DNA of 64,000 nt from Myxococcota bacterium (GCA_965228475.1 OZ245817.1:2432001-2496000); one strand, 5' to 3'; positions 1 through 9,532 are shown, counted from the first letter of the stretch. The notes: generated by a model not told the origin, from the letters alone. Program-made: numbers and translations.

Positions 1-345
1 GACGAAATCCGCGCCCACCTCGCCGCCGCCTGGCGGCGCTTCTTCGACGACTTCGACCTGCTGCTGATGCCCGTCCACCCGACCGCGGCCATCCCCCACG
101 ACCACGAACCGAACTTCCACGCGCGCACCCTCGAGGTGAACGGCGAACCGACGCCCTATCTCGATTTCCTGAAGTGGGTGAGCCTGCCGACCGTCGTTGG
201 CCTGCCCGCAACGGTCTGCCCCGCCGGCCGCACGCCCGGCGGCCTCCCCGTCGGCATCCAGCTCGTCGGCGCCCGTTTCGAGGACTACACGACGATCGAA
301 GCCGCGTCCTGGCTCGGCGAGTTCACGCCTCCGCCCGGGTACTAG
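1..345 (+). CDS. Amidase signature family protein, C-terminal fragment (5' end outside window)
   Basis: FDDFDLLLMP...GLPATVCPAG...GLPVGIQLVG..FED is the typical amidase C-terminus; frame is open from base 1 to TAG at 343-345. Confidence 0.85.
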   Translation, partial: DEIRAHLAAAWRRFFDDFDLLLMPVHPTAAIPHDHEPNFHARTLEVNGEPTPYLDFLKWVSLPTVVGLPATVCPAGRTPGGLPVGIQLVGARFEDYTTIEAASWLGEFTPPPGY

Positions 346-397
346 AACCGGAGAGGTTGGACAGAGCTGCGGCGCGGGTGGGGTGCGCGGCAGCGGA

Positions 398-474
398 TGG
401 TCGGGCCGGGGAGATTCGAACTCCCGACCTCCTGAACCCCATTCAGGCGCGCTACCAAGCTGCGCTACGGCCCG
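398..474 (-). tRNA. tRNA-Pro (GGG)
   Basis: Reverse complement CGGGCCGTAGCGCAGCTTGGTAGCGCG-CCTGA-ATGGGGT-TCAGG-AGGTCGGGAGTTCGAATCTCCCCGGCCCGACCA gives a cloverleaf, TTCGA T-loop and encoded CCA. Confidence 0.97.
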
Positions 475-550
475 ACGGACCCATTCGTAGCCTTGTCTCG
501 CGGGGGAGTCCACTCCGCGCGGGCTCGGCCCGTTCGAAACCGGGCCGCGA

Positions 551-2932
551 TCACTCGAAGCTGATGTGGCGGTTCTCGGCGGAGACTTCGACGGTCCGCA
601 CGACGGCGCGGCCGCCGGGGAACTCCGCGCGGAAGACGTGGAGGCCGGGGCTCAGCTCGTAGCCGATCAGCGGGGTCTCGCCGGCCGTCTTGCCGTCGAT
701 CAGGATCTTCGCCCACGGGATGGCGTGGATGTTCACGCGCACGGTGTCCGCGGCCGCGGCGCTCGGCGCGGGGGCCGGGCGGACGGCGGCGGTCCGGGGG
801 GCGGGCTCCGGCGGCGGCTGGGGGGCTGCGGCCGTCGGCGCAGGAGTCGCGCGGACGGGTGCGGGCTCGGGTTCCGGCGTCGGCTCCGGAGCCGGGGCGA
901 CGGGGCGCGGCGGCGCCGGCGTGGCCGCGACGACGGGGGCCGGCGCGGTGGCCGAGGTCGGCACGCGGGTGCGGGTCGAGGGCGCCGGACGCGGGGAAGC
1001 CGTGGTCTCGGGCGGCGCCGGACTCGGCGGAGCCGTCGCGCTTCGCGGAGCCGGACTCGGGGCGCGGGCCGTCTCGGAAGGTGCCGGGCGCGGGGTCGTG
1101 ACGTTCTCGGGCGGCGTGAACGGCGAGCGCGCGGGGCGCGGTTCGACGGCGGGCGCCGGCGGCGCGGAGGGCGTCGCCGACCGCGTCGGTTCGCTTCGCC
1201 GCACCGGGACTTCGGGTTCGTCGCGCGGGGGCGGCTCGGTGCGCGGAGCTTGCGCGGGCGTCGGCTCCGGCGCGGGGCGCCGAGCGACGGTGGGCGTTGC
1301 AGCCTCGGGCTCGGGCGATTCCGCACGGGCCGGGATCTCGGAATCCGGAGAGGCCGTTGCCGAGCCCTCGGCCGGCGCGGCTTCCGGCTCGGGCGCTTCG
1401 ACGAATTCGGGCGGATCCCCGGGCGCCTCCGCAACCGAATCGTCGACGACGGCCGCCGGGCCGATCGGCACCTTGGGCCGCTCGGCTTCGCCGGGCAGGA
1501 GGCCATCGATGCCTCGCAGCAGATACGGCATTGCGACGGCCAGGACCCCGAGGCCCGCCACGGCGAGCCAGGCCGTGCGCGTGCGGGAGCGGCGGCGGTC
1601 TCGCAGGGGCGCACCGCTCGCGGCGGCCGGCTCGGCGATCGGGGGCGGCTCCGGTTCAGGGGTCTCCTCCACCGTTTCGGCGGGCGCCGGGGCCTCCTCC
1701 GACGCCGCTTCGCTCGCAGCCACCGCGCCGACGTCCCGCAGCGCCGGAAACGAGTCTTCTTCGTCGGTGGCCGGCTCGGGATCCGCTTCGGGTTCGGCTT
1801 CAGGCTCGGGGGAAGCCCCCGCCTCGTCCGCAGGCGTGTTCGCGGCTACCGCGGCACCTGCCAGTGCTGCTGCGGCCACCGCGGGCTCCTCGACCTCCGG
1901 CTCGGGATCCACGGGCTCCATCGGCTGGGTGTCTTCGCCGGAGACGGCCACGGGTTCCGGCTCGGCGATCGGGGCCTCCGCCACGGGTTCCGGCTCGACG
2001 GGCTCGGCCGTCGCGGCGCGGACGGCTTCCGGCACGGGCTGCACGCCGCGCGTGCGCCGCGGCGGTGCGGCCTGTTCGGCGGCCAGCGCTGCGGCCGCCG
2101 CCGCGGCCGCGCTCACCTCGATCTCGGCCTCTTCCTCCTCGGTGTCGAGCGGCTCGGCCGGCGGTTCCTCGGCGCGGCCCTGCTCGTCGCGGGCCCACTG
2201 GTCGATCGCCGCCGCGGCGTCGGCGTCGGGTTCGAGGCGCCAGACCACCGAGGCCAGCTCGTGGATGCGCCGCGGGTTGCCGGCGGCCGCGCCGTGGATG
2301 CGCGCGACGGTGTCCGCATCGAAGCGGCCGGTTCGCTCGGCCTCCTGGGAACGCTCGAGCCGCGCGCGCACGTAGGCGGCCGTCTGATCCGCGGTCATCG
2401 GCGCGTCGTATCGCACCTCGTGGAGGTCCGGGCCGAGGGCGGCCATCACCGAACCGAGGCGCGAATCGTCGACGGCGCCGAAGACCGCACGCAGCGCTCC
2501 GCCCGAGGCGGAGACCAGCGTCGCGAGCTGGCGCGCGGTCGAGAGCGGGAGGGCGCTCGCGTCGTCGACCATCATCAGGATCTCGCGGCCGTCGCCCGCC
2601 GTGCGGAAGGCGCAGTCGAGGAGCGCGCCCTCCGGGTCCTCGGCGCGGGCGTCCTCGCCGAGGGCCTCGAGCACCCAGCGGCAGAGCTCCGGCGCCGAGA
2701 GCGCCGGGTACGGCACCCAGACCACGCGGAAGGAACCGACCAGGCGGTCCGCCGCCACGTGCAGGAGGAAGGTCTTCCCGAGCCCGACCGGGCCCGTCAG
2801 CGCCACGGGATGGGCCGAGTCGCGGACCCGCCGCTCGAGCTCCGCCAGGACCGCGTCGCTGTCGGGACGGGCCACGTAGTGGGCGGGGTTCGAGGTGCTT
2901 TCGAAGGGGTCGCTGGCAGCGGCCGTACTCAA
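551..2932 (-). CDS. ExeA/GspA-like AAA ATPase with long acidic linker, one TM helix, Pro-rich stalk and C-terminal PEGA-like domain
   Basis: Walker A GPVGLGKT, Walker B-like MMVDDA, GNPRRIHEL sensor helix, TM WLAVAGLGVLAVAMPYLL, terminal VNIHAIPWAKILIDGKTAGETP...LSPGLH; TTG start at 2932 is inferred. Confidence 0.75.
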   Translation of the reverse strand: MSTAAASDPFESTSNPAHYVARPDSDAVLAELERRVRDSAHPVALTGPVGLGKTFLLHVAADRLVGSFRVVWVPYPALSAPELCRWVLEALGEDARAEDPEGALLDCAFRTAGDGREILMMVDDASALPLSTARQLATLVSASGGALRAVFGAVDDSRLGSVMAALGPDLHEVRYDAPMTADQTAAYVRARLERSQEAERTGRFDADTVARIHGAAAGNPRRIHELASVVWRLEPDADAAAAIDQWARDEQGRAEEPPAEPLDTEEEEAEIEVSAAAAAAAALAAEQAAPPRRTRGVQPVPEAVRAATAEPVEPEPVAEAPIAEPEPVAVSGEDTQPMEPVDPEPEVEEPAVAAAALAGAAVAANTPADEAGASPEPEAEPEADPEPATDEEDSFPALRDVGAVAASEAASEEAPAPAETVEETPEPEPPPIAEPAAASGAPLRDRRRSRTRTAWLAVAGLGVLAVAMPYLLRGIDGLLPGEAERPKVPIGPAAVVDDSVAEAPGDPPEFVEAPEPEAAPAEGSATASPDSEIPARAESPEPEAATPTVARRPAPEPTPAQAPRTEPPPRDEPEVPVRRSEPTRSATPSAPPAPAVEPRPARSPFTPPENVTTPRPAPSETARAPSPAPRSATAPPSPAPPETTASPRPAPSTRTRVPTSATAPAPVVAATPAPPRPVAPAPEPTPEPEPAPVRATPAPTAAAPQPPPEPAPRTAAVRPAPAPSAAAADTVRVNIHAIPWAKILIDGKTAGETPLIGYELSPGLHVFRAEFPGGRAVVRTVEVSAENRHISFE

Positions 2933-3175
2933 GCCATGTCTCCTGGCCGACCGCGGACGTCGGGCGAGCGCAATCTTAGTGCACGCACCCCGGAGTTGTC
3001 CGTGGGCGCCGCCGCGTTCCGGACCGAGCGGGCCCACCGGACCTCCCCGAGCACCGCAGGGGTCGGCGGGCACCCGGCCGCCTCGGGCGCTTGACCCGCC
3101 GCCGGAACGCCCCCTACCCTCCCGCCGCATTCGCGCGCCAGCCCGCGTCCGGCCCGCGAAGCCTGGGAGGAGACC

Positions 3176-3649
3176 GTGGCCGCAGACCGTTCCATCGTGC
3201 GCATCGTCGTGGAAATGCGCGTGGGGGCAGACCGCATGGCCGCGACCGACGACCCGGTCTTCCTCGGCCTGCGCGGCCCCTCCGGCCGCGAGTTCCGCCT
3301 CGCGGTGGCCAAGGGGAAGTCCCTCCGCCGCAAGGGCGAGGACGAGTTCGTCTTCGGCGCCCAGGACGACGGACGCGTGAACGTCGCCGAGCCGCAGCTG
3401 AACGACCCGACGCAACCCATGATCGACGGGGACGGGGTGGCGAGCGCGTACATCATCAAGCGCCTCGATGCCTTCCCGAACGTGCGCGGCGTCGGCGAAC
3501 TCGACGACCGGCTCCAGCTCGAATCCGCCACCGTGAGCCTCGAGTTCGCCGACGGCAGCGTGCGCCGCTTCCACCGCGAGGGGCCGATCTGGCTCGGCCT
3601 GACCTGCGGCCTGCGCTTCGACCTGCCCCCCGCGGCCGAGGGCTCGTGA
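3176..3649 (+). CDS. Hypothetical beta-rich protein, possibly PLAT/LH2-like
   Basis: GGAGG upstream of GTG; high-GC coding pattern; ATDDPVFLGLRG..G.EF...L..G.EDEF resembles PLAT-type motifs. Confidence 0.65.
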   Translation: MAADRSIVRIVVEMRVGADRMAATDDPVFLGLRGPSGREFRLAVAKGKSLRRKGEDEFVFGAQDDGRVNVAEPQLNDPTQPMIDGDGVASAYIIKRLDAFPNVRGVGELDDRLQLESATVSLEFADGSVRRFHREGPIWLGLTCGLRFDLPPAAEGS

Positions 3650-4263
3650 GACCGCGCGCGGGGCGCGCGGCCGCGCTGGCCGCCGCGGCCGCCCTGCTGC
3701 TCGCCGCCAAGGACCCGAGCGCGCCCGGCGCCTACTGCCCGCTCCCCAAGGAGGGCGAGGTGCCGAGCTGCCTGGCCGGCGCCCAGGAGCAGTACGAGGG
3801 CTTCTTCCTCGGCGTCGAGAAGGGCGAACTCGACGAGAGCGAGGTCGCGCGGGTCGAGGCGGCCGTGCGCGGGAAGGAAGGCACCGAGCGCTTCGACGCC
3901 CTCTCCTCCCTGTCCTACGGCTACTTCATGCTCGCGCGGGCCCAGGCCGCTTCGGAGAACCCGGACCCGAGGCTGCGCGAGCGGCTCGAGGCCTGGAACG
4001 GCGTCCTGACCGAGGCCTACCAGGAGAACGACGCGGACCCGCGCTACCGCGCCGCCGTTCGCGCCGCGGCCCTCGATCTCAAGGAGAGCGTGCCGGCCCT
4101 CGGCCTGCGCTGCACGGACGCCGAAGGCCACCCGACCGAGTGCGCCTCGACCGAAGCGGTGATCCGCGCCATCGACGCCGCGCGCCAGCAGACCGGCCTG
4201 CGCGGCGCCCTCTCGCGCCTGCTCGGAGCCCTGTTCGGCCCCGACCCCGAGCCCGCGCCTTGA
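3646..4263 (+). CDS. Hypothetical exported protein with four cysteines
   Basis: GTGA overlap with the upstream stop; hydrophobic N-terminus AAALAAAAALLLAA; two Cys pairs. Confidence 0.65.
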   Translation: MRPRAGRAAALAAAAALLLAAKDPSAPGAYCPLPKEGEVPSCLAGAQEQYEGFFLGVEKGELDESEVARVEAAVRGKEGTERFDALSSLSYGYFMLARAQAASENPDPRLRERLEAWNGVLTEAYQENDADPRYRAAVRAAALDLKESVPALGLRCTDAEGHPTECASTEAVIRAIDAARQQTGLRGALSRLLGALFGPDPEPAP

Positions 4264-4844
4264 GCCAGTCCTTCCCCGTCCGCATGTGGAAGGCCTCGCT
4301 CCTCGACGCGGAGACCTACGAGGAGGTCGAGGCGGACCCCGCGTCGATGCCCCAGGCGGTCGCCGTCGTGCTGATCTGCGCCGCGGCCGGTGGGCTCGGC
4401 TCCTGGTGGCTCCACGCCGTACAGCGCGACATCCCGATGGACGTGGCGATCCTGCCGATCGCCCTCGAGGTGCTCGAGCCGCTCGTGCTCTGGGCCGGCG
4501 GGTCGCTCTTCGCCTACATGGTCGGCGCGACCTTCTTCCGCGGCCGGGAGACCGAGACGGACTACGCGGAGGTCCTGCGGACGGTGGGCTTCGCCTTCGC
4601 CCCGGGCGTGCTGCGCCTCGTGGGCTTCGCCCTGCCCCCGATCGCCGCGACCTTCGGCATCGTCGATACCGAGGTCCCCCGCATCGTCTTCAACACGGTG
4701 ATCGAGCTCTGGGTGCTGATGGCAGGCATCGTCGCGGTGCGGCAGGCGCTCGACTTCACGACGCTGCGCGCCGTCGGCACCTACGGCAGCGCCTACGTCC
4801 TGCTCTACCTGGTCGTGATCGGACTGTCCGCGACGCTCGCCTAG
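4260..4844 (+). CDS. Yip1-like multi-pass membrane protein
   Basis: TTGA overlap; LDAETYEEVEAD...QAVAVV, VLRTVGFAFAPG, AVRQALDFTTLRAV; about 5 hydrophobic segments. Confidence 0.75.
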   Translation: MSQSFPVRMWKASLLDAETYEEVEADPASMPQAVAVVLICAAAGGLGSWWLHAVQRDIPMDVAILPIALEVLEPLVLWAGGSLFAYMVGATFFRGRETETDYAEVLRTVGFAFAPGVLRLVGFALPPIAATFGIVDTEVPRIVFNTVIELWVLMAGIVAVRQALDFTTLRAVGTYGSAYVLLYLVVIGLSATLA

Positions 4845-4859
4845 GCGCCGGCGTGCGCG

Positions 4860-5348
4860 CTAGAGCAGCGCCCGGATCGCTTCGAGCTCGGTGCGGATCT
4901 CCCGCAGGTTCCCGGCCCAGTCGCCCGGATCCATCGGCATCGGCTCGGCCAGGGCGGAGGCCCGCTCGGCACCGCTGCCGAGCTCCTTCAGCCGCTTCTT
5001 CGCACCGGCGATGGTGAAGCGCTCTTCGTAGAGGAGGCGCTTGATCAGGAGGATCGTCTCGATGTCCTGCTTGCGGTAGAGGCGCTGGTTCGAACGGGAC
5101 TTCCCCGGCGCCATCCATTTGAACTCGGACTCCCAGTAGCGGAGCACGTAGGGCTTCACGCCGGTCAGGTCCGCGACCTCGCCGATCCGGTAGTAGATCT
5201 TGTCGCTGGCCTCGAGTTCGTGGCGCGAATCGCTCACGCTGCGCGTCGTCTCGGGCGCGGGCGGCGCGGGCTTGCGCGCTTCCGACTTCCGCGGCTCCGC
5301 CTTGCGCGAAGTGGGCTTCCGCTTCGGGGCGCGGGGCTTGCGCGCCAC
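4860..5348 (-). CDS. MerR-family transcriptional regulator (ihfA-associated) with basic N-terminal extension
   Basis: KIYYRIGEVADLTGVKPYVLRYWESEF...QRLYRKQDI...LLYEERFTIAGAKKRL; usual position after ihfA. Confidence 0.9.
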   Translation of the reverse strand: MARKPRAPKRKPTSRKAEPRKSEARKPAPPAPETTRSVSDSRHELEASDKIYYRIGEVADLTGVKPYVLRYWESEFKWMAPGKSRSNQRLYRKQDIETILLIKRLLYEERFTIAGAKKRLKELGSGAERASALAEPMPMDPGDWAGNLREIRTELEAIRALL

Positions 5349-5671
5349 TACTGGGCGCCGCCCGAAGCCTCGGCGGAACCGCCGTCGCCTTCGAAGCCCT
5401 CGTTCAGGACGTTCTTCAGGACCAGGCTCGGCTTGAACGTGAGCACGCGGCGCGCGGCCAGCCGGATCTCTTCGCCCGTCTGCGGGTTGCGGCCCTTGCG
5501 CGCATTCTTCTCGCGAACGACGAAGTTGCCGAAGCCCGAGATCTTCACCTTCTCGCCCTCGGCGAGGGTGTCCTTGATGATGTCGAAGACGGTCTCCACG
5601 AGATCCGCAGACTCCTTCTTGGAGAAGCCCACCCGCTCGTAGATGCACTCGACGATGTCGGCCTTGGTCAC
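5348..5671 (-). CDS. ihfA: Integration host factor subunit alpha
   Basis: TKADIV...VKISGFGNFVVREKNARKGRNPQTGEEI...RRVLTFKPS; downstream of pheT. Confidence 0.95.
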   Translation of the reverse strand: MTKADIVECIYERVGFSKKESADLVETVFDIIKDTLAEGEKVKISGFGNFVVREKNARKGRNPQTGEEIRLAARRVLTFKPSLVLKNVLNEGFEGDGGSAEASGGAQ

Positions 5672-5685
5672 CCCGTCCCCCGTCT

Positions 5686-8088
5686 CTAGCGCCGCTCGAC
5701 CCCGAGGGTCCGCGACAGCGCCGCAACCACCTTGTCGGTGGTCTTGGTGATCTCCTTGTCCGCGAGCGTCCGGTCCGCCGCGCGGAGGGTCAGCCTGTAG
5801 GCCATGCTCTTCTTCCCGGCCGGGATTCCCTTGCCCGCGTACCGGTCGAAGAGCGTCACCCCCTCGAGCCGAGACCCCGCCGCCTTGCGGATGGCGGCCT
5901 CGACCTCTCCAGCAGATACATCCTCGGGGGCCAGGAGCGCAAGATCTCTCTGTACGGACGGGAACTTGGGCGCCGCCCGGTAGCTGCGTCCGGCGGCCCG
6001 GACCTCGCCCAGGGCGTCGAGATCGAGCTCGACGACGACCGTGGCGGGCGGCAGCTCGTAGGCCTCGGCGACATCGGGGTGGATCTGCCCCATTTCGCCC
6101 ACGAGCTTCTTCCCGGCCCGCACGAGGCCGCTCGCGCCCGGGTGAACCCACGGGCCGGCCTCGCCCGGTTCGACCGCACAGGGCCGCCCGAGCGCCGCAC
6201 AGAGGGTCGAAACTGCGTGCTTGGCCTCGAAAAAGACCGCTTCCGCCGACGGCTTCGGGTTCCAGAGATCCGGCGCCTCGCGCGGCGTCGCCACCGCGGC
6301 AAGGATCCGGCGCTCGTTCGGGAGACCCTGGGAGAGCCGGCCCTGGAAGGTGCGGCCGATCTCGAACTGCCGGACGCCGTCGACCCCGTGGCGGAGGTTC
6401 CGCGCCACGCCGCGCAGGAGCCCGGGGAACATCGAGCCGCGCAGGAAGGCGAGCTCCTCGCCGATCGGGTTCGCGACGGGCACGGCCTCTTCGCGGGCCG
6501 GCGTGTCGGCGCCCAGGCGCAGCCGGCCGAAGTCCGCCTCGGCGTGGAAGGCGACGTTCACGCACTCGCTGTAGCCCGCCGCGCGCAGGGCTTCGCGCGC
6601 CTGCTCCATGCGATCGCGCTCGGGCGAGGCGGCCGGCGGGCGCTCGGCGCCCTGGGGCAGCGTCTCGGGGAGCGCTTCGTAGCCGCCGAGGCGCACGACC
6701 TCTTCGAGCAGGTCGGCCTCCTCGCGCAGGTCCCCGCGCCAGCTCGGCGGGGTCGCGAGCAGCGTCCCGTCGCCCTGGTCCTCGACGGTCATGCCGACGC
6801 GCTCGAGGCGGGCCACGACCTCGTCGTTCGGGAGTACGAGGCCGAGGAAGCGCTTCACGCGCTCGAGGCGGAGCCGCACGGGCGGGCGGGCGAAATCGCC
6901 CGAGGCCACGTCGACCACGCCCTTTGCGACCTCGCCGGCGGCGATCTCCCCGAGCAGGCGTGCGGCGCGGTCGAGGGCCCGAGCGACGCCCACCGGGTCG
7001 ACGCCGCGCTCGAAGCGGTACGAAGAATCGCTGCGGATCCCGTGGCGCCGGCCGGTGCGGCGCACCGTGCCCGGCTCGAAGCAGGCGGCTTCGAGGATCA
7101 CGTCGCGGGTGGTCTCACTGACGGCGCTCTCGGCGCCGCCCATCACGCCGGCCAGGGCGATCGGGCGCGCTTCGTCGGCGATCACCAGGTCGTCGCTCCC
7201 GAGCTCGACCTCGTTCTCGTCGAGCAGCGCGATCTTCTCCCCGGCCTCGGCCTGGCGCACGCGGATGCGTCCGCTGGGGATGCGGGCGGCGTCGAAGGCG
7301 TGGAGCGGCTGGCCGAGCTCGTGAAGGACGAGGTTCGTGACGTCGACGACGCTGTTGATGGGCCGCGCGCCGAGCGAGAGCAGGCGGCGCGCCAGCCAAT
7401 CGGGCGACGGCCCGACCGTAACCCCGCGCACGAGCCGCGCCATGTAGCGCGGGCAGCGCTCGGCGTCCTCGACGGTGACGGAGACGGCGTCGCCGAGGGC
7501 CGCGCCGTTCTCTTCGACGGCGGTCGGCGGTGGCGTGGCTTCGAGGTCGTAGAGCGCGGCCACTTCCCGGGCCAGGCCGAAGAGGCTCGCGCAGTCCCCC
7601 CGGTCCGGCAGCAGCGCGACCTCGAGGATCGCGCTCCCGAGGCCGAGCGTCCCGGCCGCGGCGGTGCCGAGCTCGGCGCCTTCCTCGAGGATGAGGATCC
7701 CGCTGTGGTCCGAGCCGAGCCCGAGCTCGTCGGCCGCACAGAGCATGCCCTCGCTCTTCTCGCCGCGGATCTTGCTCTTCTTGATGGTGAGGCCGCCGGG
7801 GAGCTCCGTGCCGGGCGTCGCGAGCGCGACGAGATCCCCGGCCTTCATGTTCGCCGCCCCGCACACGACCGGGCGCGGCGCCTCGCCGCCGTCCTCTATC
7901 GTGCACAGGGTCAGCCGGTCGGCGTTCGGGTGGGGCCGGGTCTCGGTGATCCGCGCGACGACGACTCCTTCGAGCGGGCGCTCGATCTCCTCGACCTCGA
8001 GCGCGCACAGCGAGAGCCGTTCGGCGAGGGCATCCGGGTCATCGGGGACCGGGACGTACTCGCGCAGCCATTCGTAGGGGACGCGCAC
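5686..8088 (-). CDS. pheT: Phenylalanine-tRNA ligase beta subunit
   Basis: PYEWLREYV, HPNADRL, VCGAAN, IRGEKSEGMLC, PDRGDC, SSYRFERGVD, FPSVQRDLA; about 800 codons. Confidence 0.97.
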   Translation of the reverse strand: MRVPYEWLREYVPVPDDPDALAERLSLCALEVEEIERPLEGVVVARITETRPHPNADRLTLCTIEDGGEAPRPVVCGAANMKAGDLVALATPGTELPGGLTIKKSKIRGEKSEGMLCAADELGLGSDHSGILILEEGAELGTAAAGTLGLGSAILEVALLPDRGDCASLFGLAREVAALYDLEATPPPTAVEENGAALGDAVSVTVEDAERCPRYMARLVRGVTVGPSPDWLARRLLSLGARPINSVVDVTNLVLHELGQPLHAFDAARIPSGRIRVRQAEAGEKIALLDENEVELGSDDLVIADEARPIALAGVMGGAESAVSETTRDVILEAACFEPGTVRRTGRRHGIRSDSSYRFERGVDPVGVARALDRAARLLGEIAAGEVAKGVVDVASGDFARPPVRLRLERVKRFLGLVLPNDEVVARLERVGMTVEDQGDGTLLATPPSWRGDLREEADLLEEVVRLGGYEALPETLPQGAERPPAASPERDRMEQAREALRAAGYSECVNVAFHAEADFGRLRLGADTPAREEAVPVANPIGEELAFLRGSMFPGLLRGVARNLRHGVDGVRQFEIGRTFQGRLSQGLPNERRILAAVATPREAPDLWNPKPSAEAVFFEAKHAVSTLCAALGRPCAVEPGEAGPWVHPGASGLVRAGKKLVGEMGQIHPDVAEAYELPPATVVVELDLDALGEVRAAGRSYRAAPKFPSVQRDLALLAPEDVSAGEVEAAIRKAAGSRLEGVTLFDRYAGKGIPAGKKSMAYRLTLRAADRTLADKEITKTTDKVVAALSRTLGVERR

Positions 8089-9062
8089 TAGAACGAGTCC
8101 AGCACGCGCTGATCGTTCTCGAACAGCACGCGGATCGAATCGATGCCGTACTTGAGCATCGCGATGCGGTCGATGCCGGCTCCGAGGGCGAAGCCCTGGA
8201 CCTTCTCCGGGTCGTGCCCCGCGGCGCGCAGCACGTTCGGGTGGATCATTCCGCAGCCGAGGATCTCCATCCATCCGCGCTCGCCGAGGATGTCGACCTC
8301 GCCCGAGGGCTCGGTGAAGGGGAAGAAGCTCCGGCGGAAGCGCAGCTCGACGTCGCGGCCGAAGAGCTGGCGCGCCGTCTCGTAGAGGATGCCCTTCAGG
8401 TCCGCGAAGGTCGTCCGGTCGTCGACGAGAAACGCCTCCATCTGGTGGAACATCGGGCTGTGGGTCGAGTCCGCGTCGTGGCGGTAGACGCGCCCCGTCG
8501 TGATGATGCGCAGCGGCGGCTCGCGCCCCTCGAGGGTGCGGATCTGGACCGGCGAAGTGTGCGTGCGCAGGACGATCCCGTCGGCGAGATAGAAGGTGTC
8601 CTGCATGTCGCGGGCGGGGTGGTCGGCAGGGATGTTCAGGGCTTCGAAGTTGTAGTGCTCGGTCTCGACCTCCGGCCCGTCGACCCACTCGAAGCCGAAG
8701 CCGCGGAAGATCTCGATCATCTCGCGCTCGACGTGGGTGAGCGGATGGAGGTGGCCGGGCTCGGTGCCCTTGGCGGGGAGCGTCACGTCGAGGCCCTGGC
8801 CCGAGAGGCTCTCGGCCCGGGCCGCGCCCGCCAGCGCCTCCTGGCGCTCGGCGACCGCCGCCTCGATCCTGGCCTTTGCGACGTTCAGCGCCTTGCCCGC
8901 GGCGCCGCGCTCCTCGGCCGGGAGCTTTCCGAGCCCGCGCAGCTCCGCCGTCAGCGTGCCGCTCTTGCCGAGCAGCCGAGCGCGAACCTGGACGAGCGCG
9001 TTCGCATCACCGGCGGCGGCGACGTCGCGCAGCGCGTCCTCGACGAGTCCGTCGAGGTCCAC
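8088..9062 (-). CDS. pheS: Phenylalanine-tRNA ligase alpha subunit
   Basis: GHLHP, NFEALNIPADHPARDMQDTFY, LRTHTSPVQ, THSPMFHQME, FPFTEPS, EILGCGM. Confidence 0.97.
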   Translation of the reverse strand: MDLDGLVEDALRDVAAAGDANALVQVRARLLGKSGTLTAELRGLGKLPAEERGAAGKALNVAKARIEAAVAERQEALAGAARAESLSGQGLDVTLPAKGTEPGHLHPLTHVEREMIEIFRGFGFEWVDGPEVETEHYNFEALNIPADHPARDMQDTFYLADGIVLRTHTSPVQIRTLEGREPPLRIITTGRVYRHDADSTHSPMFHQMEAFLVDDRTTFADLKGILYETARQLFGRDVELRFRRSFFPFTEPSGEVDILGERGWMEILGCGMIHPNVLRAAGHDPEKVQGFALGAGIDRIAMLKYGIDSIRVLFENDQRVLDSF

Positions 9063-9105
9063 GGCTAGCTCGTGGGATCGTTGACGGTGGCCCCGCGAGC
9101 CACGA

Positions 9106-9465
9106 TCAGGCTGCGGAAGCTTGCTTCGAGACTTCGACCAGCTGGGCGAAGGCAGCCGGGTCGCGCACGGCGATCTCGGCCAGCTCCTTGCGGTCGATCT
9201 CCACCTGGGCCTTCGAGAGGCCGTTGATGAAGCGGCTGTAGGACAGGCCGTGCTCCCGGCTCGCGGCGTTGATGCGCGCGATCCAGAGGCGGCGGAACTC
9301 CCGCTTGCGCTGCTTGCGGTCGCGGTAGGCGTACTTGGCAGCCTTCTCCACGGCCTCGCGCGCCGTGCGCAGGAGGTTGCCGCGCCCGCCGACGTACCCC
9401 TTCGCCTTCTTCAGGATGCGGTTCTTGCGACGCCGCGCCTGGGCGCCTCGCTTGACTCGAGCCAT
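9106..9465 (-). CDS. rplT: 50S ribosomal protein L20
   Basis: [45 protein letters not shown]. Confidence 0.98.
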   Translation of the reverse strand: MARVKRGAQARRRKNRILKKAKGYVGGRGNLLRTAREAVEKAAKYAYRDRKQRKREFRRLWIARINAASREHGLSYSRFINGLSKAQVEIDRKELAEIAVRDPAAFAQLVEVSKQASAA

Positions 9466-9473
9466 GATGTTCC

Positions 9474-9532
9474 TCGCTTCCCCAGTCGCCTGGGGGGCGT
9501 CGTTCGCTTCCCCGGGCTGCCGGGGGCGTCGT
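9474..9532 (-). repeat. Two tandem 29-30 nt hairpin repeats filling the rpmI-rplT spacer
   Basis: Minus strand ACGACGC-CCCCGG-CAGC-CCGGGG-AAGCGA then ACGACGCC-CCCCAG-GCGA-CTGGGG-AAGCGA. Confidence 0.8.

Noticed and set aside
398..474. Genomic island integrated at tRNA-Pro or tRNA-Met
   Set aside because: No integrase and no duplicated tRNA 3' end seen in the window; the atypical region lies on the 5' side of tRNA-Met
551..2200. Repetitive GCCG/GGCTC-rich sequence
   Set aside because: Explained by Pro/Glu/Ala low-complexity coding; no fixed repeat-spacer period, so not a CRISPR array
2995..3045. GC-rich hairpin containing GGTCCGGAA on the minus strand, superficially like the SRP RNA apex
   Set aside because: The TCC/GGA closing stem and the CAGG...AGCAG symmetric loop are not conserved; may be an ordinary intergenic hairpin
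566..3094. Many long overlapping ORFs, such as 566..3094, 12015..14867, 14901..18017, 31981..35505 and 40869..44102
   Set aside because: Antisense or alternate-frame shadows of well-identified genes, expected in high-GC DNA; no recognisable motifs
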